This document shows, in pieces, positions 1 to 11,000 of a DNA stretch of 64,000 nt (within the stretch, counting starts at the first letter, position 1; the number at the start of each line of letters is the position of its first letter). The notes beneath the pieces are model-generated. The model had not been told where the DNA came from and ran no database searches. It worked only from the letters and a program-made list of their open reading frames with translations. The stretch is from Candidatus Saccharimonadia bacterium. GTDB taxonomy: Bacteria; Patescibacteriota; Saccharimonadia; UBA4664. The position numbers and the translations under genes were made by a program. The stretch is from assembly GCA_041743505.1 (NCBI GenBank), contig JBGTMQ010000003.1:25148-89147 (forward strand). Reading direction: 5' to 3'.

Positions 1-754
1 CAGTGTTCAAACCAATCAACGATGGCACAGTAACGCTCCCAAGCATCGATGTCAGCTCACCAAGCATGCCGTTAGACTTCGCCGGGGCATTATCAGGATG
101 GTGCTTGGTAGCAGAAGGAGTCGCCGCAGCCAAGTCCGCCGGCTGCGTTACTGCCGCTGTGATAACTGGCTGAATTGGCAATGGCTTGGACTGATAGTAC
201 ACCACCGGCGCTGGCTCTGCAGCGCTTGCCGCAGGCTCAGTGCGAGAAGACTCTGCAGCTACAACAGTCTCTTTTATCTCTGGAACGCTAGATGCCGGGA
301 CCTGCTTAACTACATTACTCGTAGTACTCAGCTGGTCACGCAACCGCTCTGGAATCACAGTCGTGGCTGGCTTCGTTAGTAGTACGGGCGGCGCCACCAC
401 TGAATCAGCATTTATAATTGCGGGGGTCACAGGGTCTGTAGCAGCCGCCGCAGAAGCACTCTCGACCTCATTCTTGGCAGCTTCGGACGCCACCAATGCC
501 GGCTGTGTTTCTACCTTTTTAGAGTCGGCTTTATCACCTGCATCGGTACTAGTTTTGGTGGTGCTCGTAGATACTATCGCCGTAGTTTTAACCGTTTCAG
601 CTTGGGTTGCGGAAGATTGACTGGCAATTCCGGTATTGACGACAGAAGATGATTCCGCAGCTAAAGCTGCATTACTCAACGACAAAGCCACAGACGCAGA
701 AGCGACCAGGCCAAAAGCAAATTTGATTACATTGGGTATATTCCCAAGCTTCAT
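1..754 (-). CDS. Secreted Ser/Thr/Ala-rich protein, partial; the C-terminus runs off the left window edge
   Basis: I translated it by hand from ATG at 754..752 on the minus strand. The product starts MKLGNIPNVIKFAFGLVASASVALSLSNAALAAESS, a typical signal peptide, followed by low-complexity S/T/A/P-rich sequence. No stop occurs before position 1. SD-like AGGAGAGGGG lies upstream. It is absent from the ORF track because it is incomplete. Confidence 0.6.
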   Translation of the reverse strand, partial: MKLGNIPNVIKFAFGLVASASVALSLSNAALAAESSSVVNTGIASQSSATQAETVKTTAIVSTSTTKTSTDAGDKADSKKVETQPALVASEAAKNEVESASAAAATDPVTPAIINADSVVAPPVLLTKPATTVIPERLRDQLSTTSNVVKQVPASSVPEIKETVVAAESSRTEPAASAAEPAPVVYYQSKPLPIQPVITAAVTQPADLAAATPSATKHHPDNAPAKSNGMLGELTSMLGSVTVPSLIGLNT

Positions 755-947
755 CGCGATCGCTAACCCCTCTCCTGTAAATCCTTATTGGATAACAGAG
801 ACATACGTAGAATAGCCTTTTGGATTCATTGCCAACATTGGTGGTTGTCACCAAAAAATTGCCAAAAATAACTTATTTTATAGTAATTTTGCACATACAA
901 TGCGTCGAGAAATATGTCACTTTTTTATTGTCGCACTGTATGATAAA

Positions 948-3476
948 CTACAGCGCTTCTGACGGTTCAGAAATCTCACCTTCAAGTTGTGCTTCACCCA
1001 CTAAAGCAACCGATGCCACTTTGTCACCGTCAGCCAGCTTCATAATCCGCACACCCTGAGTGGCCCGGCCAATCAACGAAATACCTGCCAACGCTAACCG
1101 GATCACCTGCCCTTGCGTCGATACGATCACCAAGTCATCACGCGCATCCGTAATCGCACGAACATCAACCGTTTTTCCGGTCTTTGCCGTCACCACCCCA
1201 GCCTTAATACCAACACCTCCGCGCGCATGCGTAGCAAATTGATCAACCTTGGTACGCTTGCCGTAACCATTCTCCATCACTACCAACAGCTCCATACCAG
1301 GCCGTACTACATCCATGCCGACCACCCGGTCGCCAGATCGCAAGCGAATACCACGCACGCCTCGGGTCGCCCGGCCCATCGGCCGCACCTCGCCCTCCTT
1401 GAACCGGATTGCCTGTGCGAGTGCCGTCGAGATGATAATCTCATCCTTGCCACTTGTCAGCTTGACCCATCCAAGCTCATCACCATTATCCAGCTTAATG
1501 GCAATGAGACCATTGGCTCGCACGTTAGCGTAATCACTCAAAGCCGTCTTCTTGACCGTACCCTGCCGGGTAGTCATAAACAAATAGTCATGAGTAGTTG
1601 CCGCATCAAACGTTACCAGCGAAGTAACGGATTCCTCAGGGGCCAATTGCAGCAAATTCGGCACTGCTTGACCCTTAGCCGTCCGGGAGGCCGCTGGAAT
1701 CTCGTACACCTTCAGACGAAACACCCTACCCTTGTTCGTAAATAACAGCATGTAGTCATGATTCTGGGTCAGCACCAAATGCTGCACCACATCCTCTTCC
1801 TTTGTCGCCATCCCCATGATCCCCTTGCCACCACGACCCTGACTCTTATATGTATTGGCCGGAATGCGTTTAATGTATCCGCCTGCGGTCAGCGTTACAA
1901 TTACCTGCTCGTTGGGCACCAATTCTTCTTCGCTAAACTTTCCAACCTCACTACCAATAATCTGTGTCCGTCTCTCATCGCCATACTTGGCCTTCAGCTC
2001 TTCCAGTTCTTCACGAATAACCCGCAGAATCTCGCTTTCGCTCGATAGAATCTTCTCAAGCTCCGCAATCAGCTTGTTGAGTTCGGCCAGCTCATTCTCG
2101 ATGGCGGCTCGCTCCAACCCGGTCAATCGTCGCAACTGCATGGCCAAAATAGCCTTGGATTGGATCTCAGACAAGCCAAACTTGGCCATCAAGTTATTTG
2201 CGGCTTCTTCGCTGTTCTGCGATGCCCGAATAACCTTAATAACTTCATCAATGTGATCAAGCGCAATCTTATAACCCTCTAAAATATGAGCCCGCTCCTT
2301 AGCCTTGCGTAATTCAAACTCAGTCCGGCGCCGCACCACTATTTGCCGGTGACCCAAGTATTCGCGCAACATCATCTCCAAGCTCAAAACACGCGGCTGG
2401 CGCTGATTATCTACTAGAGCCAGCATATTCACATGGAAAGCCGTCTGCATCGGCGTCAGCTTGTATAGTTGGTTCAGAATCTTCTTCGGGTAACCGTCCC
2501 GCTTAACATCAACCACAATCCGCGTGCCACCACGAGACGACTCATCGCGCAGGTCACTAATACCCATTATTCGCTTGTCTTTAACGAGTTCAGCAATCTT
2601 CTCCACCAAAGTAGCGCGGTTAACCGCAAACGGAATCTCGGTCACTACAATATGAGCATTGCCCTTCTTATCCTCGTCAATCTCAGCCACTGCCCGTACC
2701 ACAATACTTCCCTTACCTGTACCGTATGCCTGACGAATAGAATCAGCGCCAAAAATAATGCCGCCAGTCGGAAAATCAGGGCCCTTTACGTGCTTCATCA
2801 AATCATCAAGCGTAGCTTCAGGGTTATCGATCAGCTCAACTGCAGCATCTACAATCTCGGTTAAGTTGTGCGGCGGGATATTTGTAGCCATACCCACGGC
2901 AATACCCATTTGGCCGTTTAGCAACAAATTGGGTAACTTGGCCGGCAAAACGAATGGTTGTTTGCGCGAACCATCATAGTTGGGCACAAAATCGACCGTG
3001 TCTTTCTCGATATCGAACAACATTTCTTCGGCAATCGATGACATCCGCGCCTCGGTATACCGCATAGCCGCAGCCGAATCTCCATCCATGGAACCAAAGT
3101 TACCCTGACCATCTACTAGCGGATATCGCATGCTCCACTCTTGGGCCATACGCACCATCGAGTCATAAATAGCCGTATCGCCATGCGGGTGGAAGTTACC
3201 CATGACCTCACCAACAACTGCTGCGCTCTTGCGATACTTCGCGTTGTGCCGCAGACCAAGGGTATTCATGACATACAAAATGCGGCGATGAACCGGCTTA
3301 AGACCGTCCCGTACATCTGGCAAGGCCCGCGCAATAATAACCGACATGGCATAAGCCAGATAGCTCGTTTCCATCTCCGACTCAAGCGTTTGCAAACGCA
3401 CTGTACCAATGTCAGTCTTGATTTCTTCGGGCTCTTCGGCCGGATTTTCCAGATTATTGAGCTGTTCTTCGTCCAT
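948..3476 (-). CDS. gyrA: DNA gyrase subunit A
   Basis: 842 aa. Canonical GyrA N-terminus ([26 protein letters not shown]) with active-site Tyr context. The C-terminal beta-pinwheel repeats and acidic tail are present. Confidence 0.97.
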   Translation of the reverse strand: MDEEQLNNLENPAEEPEEIKTDIGTVRLQTLESEMETSYLAYAMSVIIARALPDVRDGLKPVHRRILYVMNTLGLRHNAKYRKSAAVVGEVMGNFHPHGDTAIYDSMVRMAQEWSMRYPLVDGQGNFGSMDGDSAAAMRYTEARMSSIAEEMLFDIEKDTVDFVPNYDGSRKQPFVLPAKLPNLLLNGQMGIAVGMATNIPPHNLTEIVDAAVELIDNPEATLDDLMKHVKGPDFPTGGIIFGADSIRQAYGTGKGSIVVRAVAEIDEDKKGNAHIVVTEIPFAVNRATLVEKIAELVKDKRIMGISDLRDESSRGGTRIVVDVKRDGYPKKILNQLYKLTPMQTAFHVNMLALVDNQRQPRVLSLEMMLREYLGHRQIVVRRRTEFELRKAKERAHILEGYKIALDHIDEVIKVIRASQNSEEAANNLMAKFGLSEIQSKAILAMQLRRLTGLERAAIENELAELNKLIAELEKILSSESEILRVIREELEELKAKYGDERRTQIIGSEVGKFSEEELVPNEQVIVTLTAGGYIKRIPANTYKSQGRGGKGIMGMATKEEDVVQHLVLTQNHDYMLLFTNKGRVFRLKVYEIPAASRTAKGQAVPNLLQLAPEESVTSLVTFDAATTHDYLFMTTRQGTVKKTALSDYANVRANGLIAIKLDNGDELGWVKLTSGKDEIIISTALAQAIRFKEGEVRPMGRATRGVRGIRLRSGDRVVGMDVVRPGMELLVVMENGYGKRTKVDQFATHARGGVGIKAGVVTAKTGKTVDVRAITDARDDLVIVSTQGQVIRLALAGISLIGRATQGVRIMKLADGDKVASVALVGEAQLEGEISEPSEAL

Positions 3477-3497
3477 GTCTAGTTCCTCGGCCTCATC

Positions 3498-5609
<2,112 letters not shown>

Positions 5610-5815
5610 TTACCACCTGTCACATTACTCAACAAAAAGGACCTTGGAGCCCTATTAATTCTATTATAGCGTTTTGGCTTATCTGGAGCAAATAGCCGTA
5701 CAGCAATCCTCGCTAGGGCAATATACCGAACAAAAAGCGTACGGTCAAGCTGTTGAGACAATCCTTATAGAATATTGAATACATATTGGCATAAGCAGTT
5801 TGGCGTTGTACAATT

Positions 5816-7321
5816 ATGCTAATGTTCCATCAAATCGTCTCACAGCTTTCGCTCTCCCCCTCTGCCATATCAATGTTGGCCTTCTACGCCAAGCGGCTCA
5901 AGCAGGAACGCATCACCCGGTTTTTCTCGGCCTTCGCGGCCGTACTCATTGTAGGATTACAGTTTGCCACCATTCTGGCGCCGCCGGCCCCATCAAACGC
6001 CGCTTCACCCGGCGATATTATTTATGGTGGGGTTGTCTCCAAAGCCGACCTGCTCAATAAGTATGACGCCAGCCCGGAGCTTCGAGCCCTTTACGAACGG
6101 TTCGGCATCACCCGCCAGGACATGGTCAATACCACCCAGGGTCAAATTAATAGTCGCGACCGCACCCTAAACTCGCTCGGCCGTGTTCACCACGACGCCA
6201 GCGACCAACCCGTTCCCATTGGCGGCACTACCTATTGGGCCCGGTTCCTCTATAAATTTGATACCGGAGCCAACGTACAACGCGGCTCCACCTACGACGT
6301 CTTAACCGGCACCCGGTCACGCGACGGCGGCTACTTTGCCGTCATGCTGCGCTGCGGCAACCTGGTATTCAAGTCTATCCCGCCCGTACCAACGCCACCA
6401 CCTCCGCCTCCACCACCACCTACACCCAAGCCAACCCCACTCCCGACCCCGGTTCCAACCCCCATACCAGCTAAGCCAACCATGACGTGCACCGGCTTAA
6501 CCGGCAACACGAGAACCGGCCAGGTACCACTCACAGTCGCATTCATTGGCTCCGGAGTAGCCACCAACCAAACCATCACCGAGTACCAATTCAGTTTCGG
6601 CGACGGCAAAACCGCTAACCAGCCCGGCGCTACCATCTCGCATACCTACGAAACCCCCGGCGTCTACATCGCCACTCTCCAAGTAAAAGGCTCAACCGGA
6701 ACCGTATCGGCTCCCAACCCGCTTTGCTCCTACACTATTACCGTAACTCCCCCGCCCGCCGCTTTCCAAAAAGGCAAATCAGCTCTTAACCTTACCCAAA
6801 ACATTGACGCTACCACAGCTCCAGCCCGCGCCGGCGATGTCATCCGCTACATCCTAACCACTAAGAACACCGGCGGTGCCAGCGAACAGTACAGCGTGGT
6901 GGAGCACGTCGAAGACGTTCTCGAATACGCCGAAGTCACCGACCCCAATGGTGGCACGCTAACCAACGGTGTCTTAACCTGGCCCGCAGTAGCTATCCAG
7001 CCCGGCCAAACCCTCACCAAGACATTCACCGTCAAGGTCAAAGACCCGGTCCCTGCTACTCCAGTCGGCGTATCTGATAAGTTCTCCTACGACCTGCGTA
7101 TGGACAATGTTTACGGCAACACCGTCCAAATTAAATTGCAGCCACCACTCCCCAAGCAGGTAGAAGTAGCATCGGCTACCTTACCGCAAACCGGCACCGG
7201 CACCACCACCTTTATCATCTTGCTGGTATCAACCCTGACCATCTTCTTCTACCTGCGCAACCGCCAGCTGAGCACTGAAATCAAGCTCTTACGAGGTGAT
7301 TACCACGGAGGACTATCATAA
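5816..7321 (+). CDS. Sortase-anchored cell-surface protein with PKD and DUF11-like domains and a C-terminal LPQTG sorting signal
   Basis: The signal peptide probably begins at M20 (5873; KRLKQERITRFFSAFAAVLIVGLQFATILAPPAPSNA). A poly-Pro/Thr linker (PPPPPPPPTPKPTPLPTPVPTPIP) follows. The PKD-like motif is FSFGDGKT...HTYETPGVYIATLQV and the DUF11-like segment is AGDVIRYILTTKNTGG. The C-terminus is LPQTG plus a hydrophobic helix plus RNRQ. Confidence 0.75.
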   Translation: MLMFHQIVSQLSLSPSAISMLAFYAKRLKQERITRFFSAFAAVLIVGLQFATILAPPAPSNAASPGDIIYGGVVSKADLLNKYDASPELRALYERFGITRQDMVNTTQGQINSRDRTLNSLGRVHHDASDQPVPIGGTTYWARFLYKFDTGANVQRGSTYDVLTGTRSRDGGYFAVMLRCGNLVFKSIPPVPTPPPPPPPPPTPKPTPLPTPVPTPIPAKPTMTCTGLTGNTRTGQVPLTVAFIGSGVATNQTITEYQFSFGDGKTANQPGATISHTYETPGVYIATLQVKGSTGTVSAPNPLCSYTITVTPPPAAFQKGKSALNLTQNIDATTAPARAGDVIRYILTTKNTGGASEQYSVVEHVEDVLEYAEVTDPNGGTLTNGVLTWPAVAIQPGQTLTKTFTVKVKDPVPATPVGVSDKFSYDLRMDNVYGNTVQIKLQPPLPKQVEVASATLPQTGTGTTTFIILLVSTLTIFFYLRNRQLSTEIKLLRGDYHGGLS

Positions 7322-7878
7322 TGTCAGTTGAGCATCAACCTAAGCCCGGCCAAAATCACGAACGAGACCACCAGGCCGAGCTCGCATCCATGGCCAAGGA
7401 GCAGCTGGAACGGCAATCCGTTTCACCCGAAGCTGCCGCAGAACATGCCGAGCAACGAGCCGAAGCCGCCCGTGAGGTCATCAACCAGCCCGAACCCGAG
7501 CAGCAAACTCCAGCCCAAGAACAAGAGGCCGCACCGGCACCCACCTTTGCTGCCCGCATCGATCATGCCCTCAATTACTCGCAAACCATGGCCAGCCTCC
7601 AGCGCAAGCTCACCCCGGCCAGCCGCGCCTTCAGCAAAGTAATCCACATCCCGGTCGTGGAAAAGACCAGCGAGGCTCTCGAACAAACGGTCATGCGGCC
7701 GTCGGTCGTAGCAGGAGCCACCTGGAGTGCGTTTATTACCGGCCTTGTTTTCTACGTCGTTGCTCGCCTCTACGGCTGGACATTATCCGGCACCGAAATG
7801 CTAGTAGCCTTAGTAGCCGGAGGCATCCTTGGCATCGCCCTGGAAGGCCTAGCCCGGCTCCTGCGCCGCAAGGCTTAA
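7321..7878 (+). CDS. Small membrane protein translationally coupled to the LPQTG protein
   Basis: 185 aa. TAATG stop/start overlap at 7319-7323. The N-terminus is acidic and Q/E/A-rich, and the C-terminus has two predicted TM helices. No recognisable family. Confidence 0.55.
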   Translation: MSVEHQPKPGQNHERDHQAELASMAKEQLERQSVSPEAAAEHAEQRAEAAREVINQPEPEQQTPAQEQEAAPAPTFAARIDHALNYSQTMASLQRKLTPASRAFSKVIHIPVVEKTSEALEQTVMRPSVVAGATWSAFITGLVFYVVARLYGWTLSGTEMLVALVAGGILGIALEGLARLLRRKA

Positions 7879-7939
7879 TCCAAACAATCTACTCTGGACA
7901 GCCCCAAAAGCTGCCTGACACTCCTGTCCCAGGTATGCC

Positions 7940-8037
7940 TACTGTACTGCGGGCAGTTTTGTTAAACCATGCATTTTACATGGCTTCGCATAGGAACAAT
8001 TCTGCCACCCAAAACCAAAACTGCCCTCAGTACAGTA
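7940..8037. repeat. 98-bp element with 21-bp terminal inverted repeats, copy A
   Basis: tactgtactgcgggcagtttt (7940-7960) and aaaactgccctcagtacagta (8017-8037) are reverse complements with one mismatch. A same-length, same-orientation second copy lies at 38706-38803. Confidence 0.6.
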
Positions 8038-8086
8038 CCCCTCACACAGGAGTTACTACCAGCACGAGCGCCGAACTTAACCCAGC

Positions 8087-11000
8087 TTACTCACCAACAA
8101 TCACATCGCCTTTTTCATCAACATAGACCTCACCCTTGGCCAATTTAGGTGGCTTTTGCGTCAAAGTGGAGGCGACAGGCTCCGGCTTAGGTTTACGGTT
8201 AGCAGATGGCAATATCAACTTGCCGGGCAAAGAATCAGATTTTTGCTCTGGCTGCTCCTCGGTCTCCTCAGACTTCTCGGACATCTCAGCATGTTCCGCC
8301 GCCGGCACCGCATGCTCATGATGCTCTTCACGTGGCTCCTGAGGTTTAGAGGGCTTCTTAATATCAGCCAACCGATGACGCCTTGGCTGTTCAGCAGGCC
8401 TCTTTGACTGAGCCTCTTCTGCCTTCACGGGCAGCGTTTCGGCTTCAGGTGCTTCTGTTCTAGACTCATGCTCAGGTACCGGCGCCGGCTCTGGTGCTTC
8501 GGCCAACTTGGCCGCTCTGGCCTTAGCCACATCACTAGCCACCAAGGATTCGGCCTGCGGCAACCCCACGTCTGGTTCAAGGAATGAAACTGACGCAGGA
8601 GCTGGTTCCGGCTCAGGCTTTGGTACTGGCGCTGGCGCCGGCGCCGGCCGTGATTCCAGCTTCGGCTCAGGCCGCGGTTCCGGCTGCGGCTTCATCACCG
8701 GCTTTGACACTGGCGGTACCTGCTTAATTGGCGTCTGAACCGGCTTCACTGGGCTACCTGCCGGTCCCGGCCTGGCGCCTGGCGGCGGTGGCGCGTCAGT
8801 CTTGGCGCTCAAAGCAGCCTGTTTCCGCTCAGCCTCCAGTTCTGCCTCCAGCTCCTGCTGCAACTGGTCACGACGAGGCACAATCGGCTCAAGCGGCATG
8901 ATGACCTTTTGGTGTGTGTGAGTAAATGTGTGTTCCATAGACGGCTGGTCACTCCGGGGAGTCTCATCGTCATCCTCATCAGGCATCTGGTCCTTTGGTA
9001 TCGCCGGCCCAACCCAGTGTCTTGAAGAGTCGTCCGCTTCACCATCGTGACCTTTCTTCGAGTGGGTTGCCTCACCAGAGCCCGCCAATGCCCGGTGCTC
9101 TTTCTCCGGCTTAATGAGAGATTCACTCATCAGCTTATCAATCTCTTGCTCTGCCTGAGCCACCGGATTCTCACTGTGTCCGGACTCATCGGACGCGGGA
9201 GCGGCATTGGACTCAGGCGAAGCCTTTGGTTCGGAGTCCAAAGCCGGCACATAAGGCGATGACGTTAAGGCTTGGGCAGCCTTGCGCTTGGCTGCCGCCT
9301 CCATAACTGCAGCCAACGTCTCCTCAGTGCTACGTACGGCCACCGGAGGCTTTGGTTTGACTACTGGAGGAGGCGGAGTAGCTGGTGCTGGAGGCTCGGC
9401 CGGCTTAGGCGTCGGCAATATTGACTCCGATTTCGGAGCAGCAGATACCACCACTTCTGGTGCTAATACAGGTTTCACCGGAACCGCAGGCTTATCCTCA
9501 AACCCAACCCCTGGCGCTACCAGGTTCTCGGGTACTAGCGTGGTGCCCTCCTCTTCACTAAATTGACTCTTTTCCAGCCTTGGCGGTTCAGGTTCCGGCA
9601 ATACCGGTGCAATCGGAGTCGGCTTAGACTCCGGCATAGGAGCAGGCTCAGGCGCCGGTTCAGGAGCTGGTTTTGATACCGGCTCAGGAGCAGGTTTCAG
9701 TATTGGTTCGAAGGCTGGTTTGGGCAGCTCAACCGGCACCGGCGTGGTCTGCGACTGGCCAATAGGTGGCGCACCAATTGGCGGCGGAGCAATTACCTGG
9801 GCTAGCTCTGCTGAAGTAATATCCGACGACTGCTCGGGCGAAGCCGGCGCCACCGGAGCCGAAACCGGAGCTGAAGCGGGCATCGGCAGCAGAGCCGCGG
9901 GTGGAGAAGCCGGCGCATCAGTAGTCAAAGCAGCCGGACCAATAGGAGTCAATGGTAACGCCTTCTCAGATTTCTGATCCGGAACCAGTGTCGGAAATGG
10001 CTCATCAACTGGCCGCTCAAGTACTGTTTCCAGGCTTGGATCTACAAAATGAATAAGTGATCCTACAGCATCATCATAGCTCTGCTCCGGCTGAGCAACC
10101 GCACTGACCGGTTCAGAAACCACCGCGGTAGGTGCCACAGGTTCAGGCACTGCCGCGAGTACCGGCGTCACCACGGAAGCCGGTTTAGGCCTAAATACAG
10201 GCTCAGAAGCTGCCGGCTGATTAGAGACCATGGGCTCCGAAGCCGGATAAAGCGGCTCAGGCTCAGGTATTGGCAACGAAGACAGTGTGGTCACCGGCGA
10301 TGCTATCGCCTGAGGATCGGTAGGCTGCATCGAGGCCGGGACAGGTAGCGGCGGCTTAGGCTCTTCAATCATAGGCGCTGGCTGAATCAGCGCGGTCGCC
10401 GGAGCAGGAGGCGACACAAGAGTTGGAGCCGGCTGTACCTCTGGAGCCGGCTCTGCTATTACCGGAGTCGGCGTCGGCTCTATGACAGGCAATACCGGTG
10501 GTGGCGGAGGTGGCGCAATAGGCTGGTACACCGACGAAACCGACGCCGGAATTGGCTCCGAAGCAGCTACTGACGCTAGCTCAGCCTCAGACGGAGGGCC
10601 AATAGGAGCCGGCGGCCCGATGGGCGCTACAGGCTCGGGGGCAACATCAGGTACAGAAACCGGAACTGGTAGCGGCAAAGCCGCTTCTTCAGGCTCAGGG
10701 ACCGGCTGGGGTGCGCCCAACAAAGGAATCTCCGCCATCGGATCCATAGCAGGATCATACGGCGGTGGTGGCGGCACCGCCGGTTCTGCAGGCTGCTCAA
10801 CCGGAGCCGGTTGGGCTACCCGCGGTTCCGCACCCGGCGGAATCAGTGGGATATTCAACAGGTCATCGCTGGCACCCGACGATGCCAGCGGCACCGGACC
10901 AGGCCGGCGGCCACCGGTAATATCAGTAATCGATAACCGGTTCTGATCACCAGGAACAGGTGCCGGAGGAGCAGCACTCAGCTCAGGAAGCTCTGGCTCT

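Noticed and set aside
98-620. Plus-strand ORFs 98..379 and 240..620
   Set aside because: They are antisense to the real minus-strand secreted-protein gene 1..754. They are low-complexity artefacts of its S/T/A-rich coding sequence.
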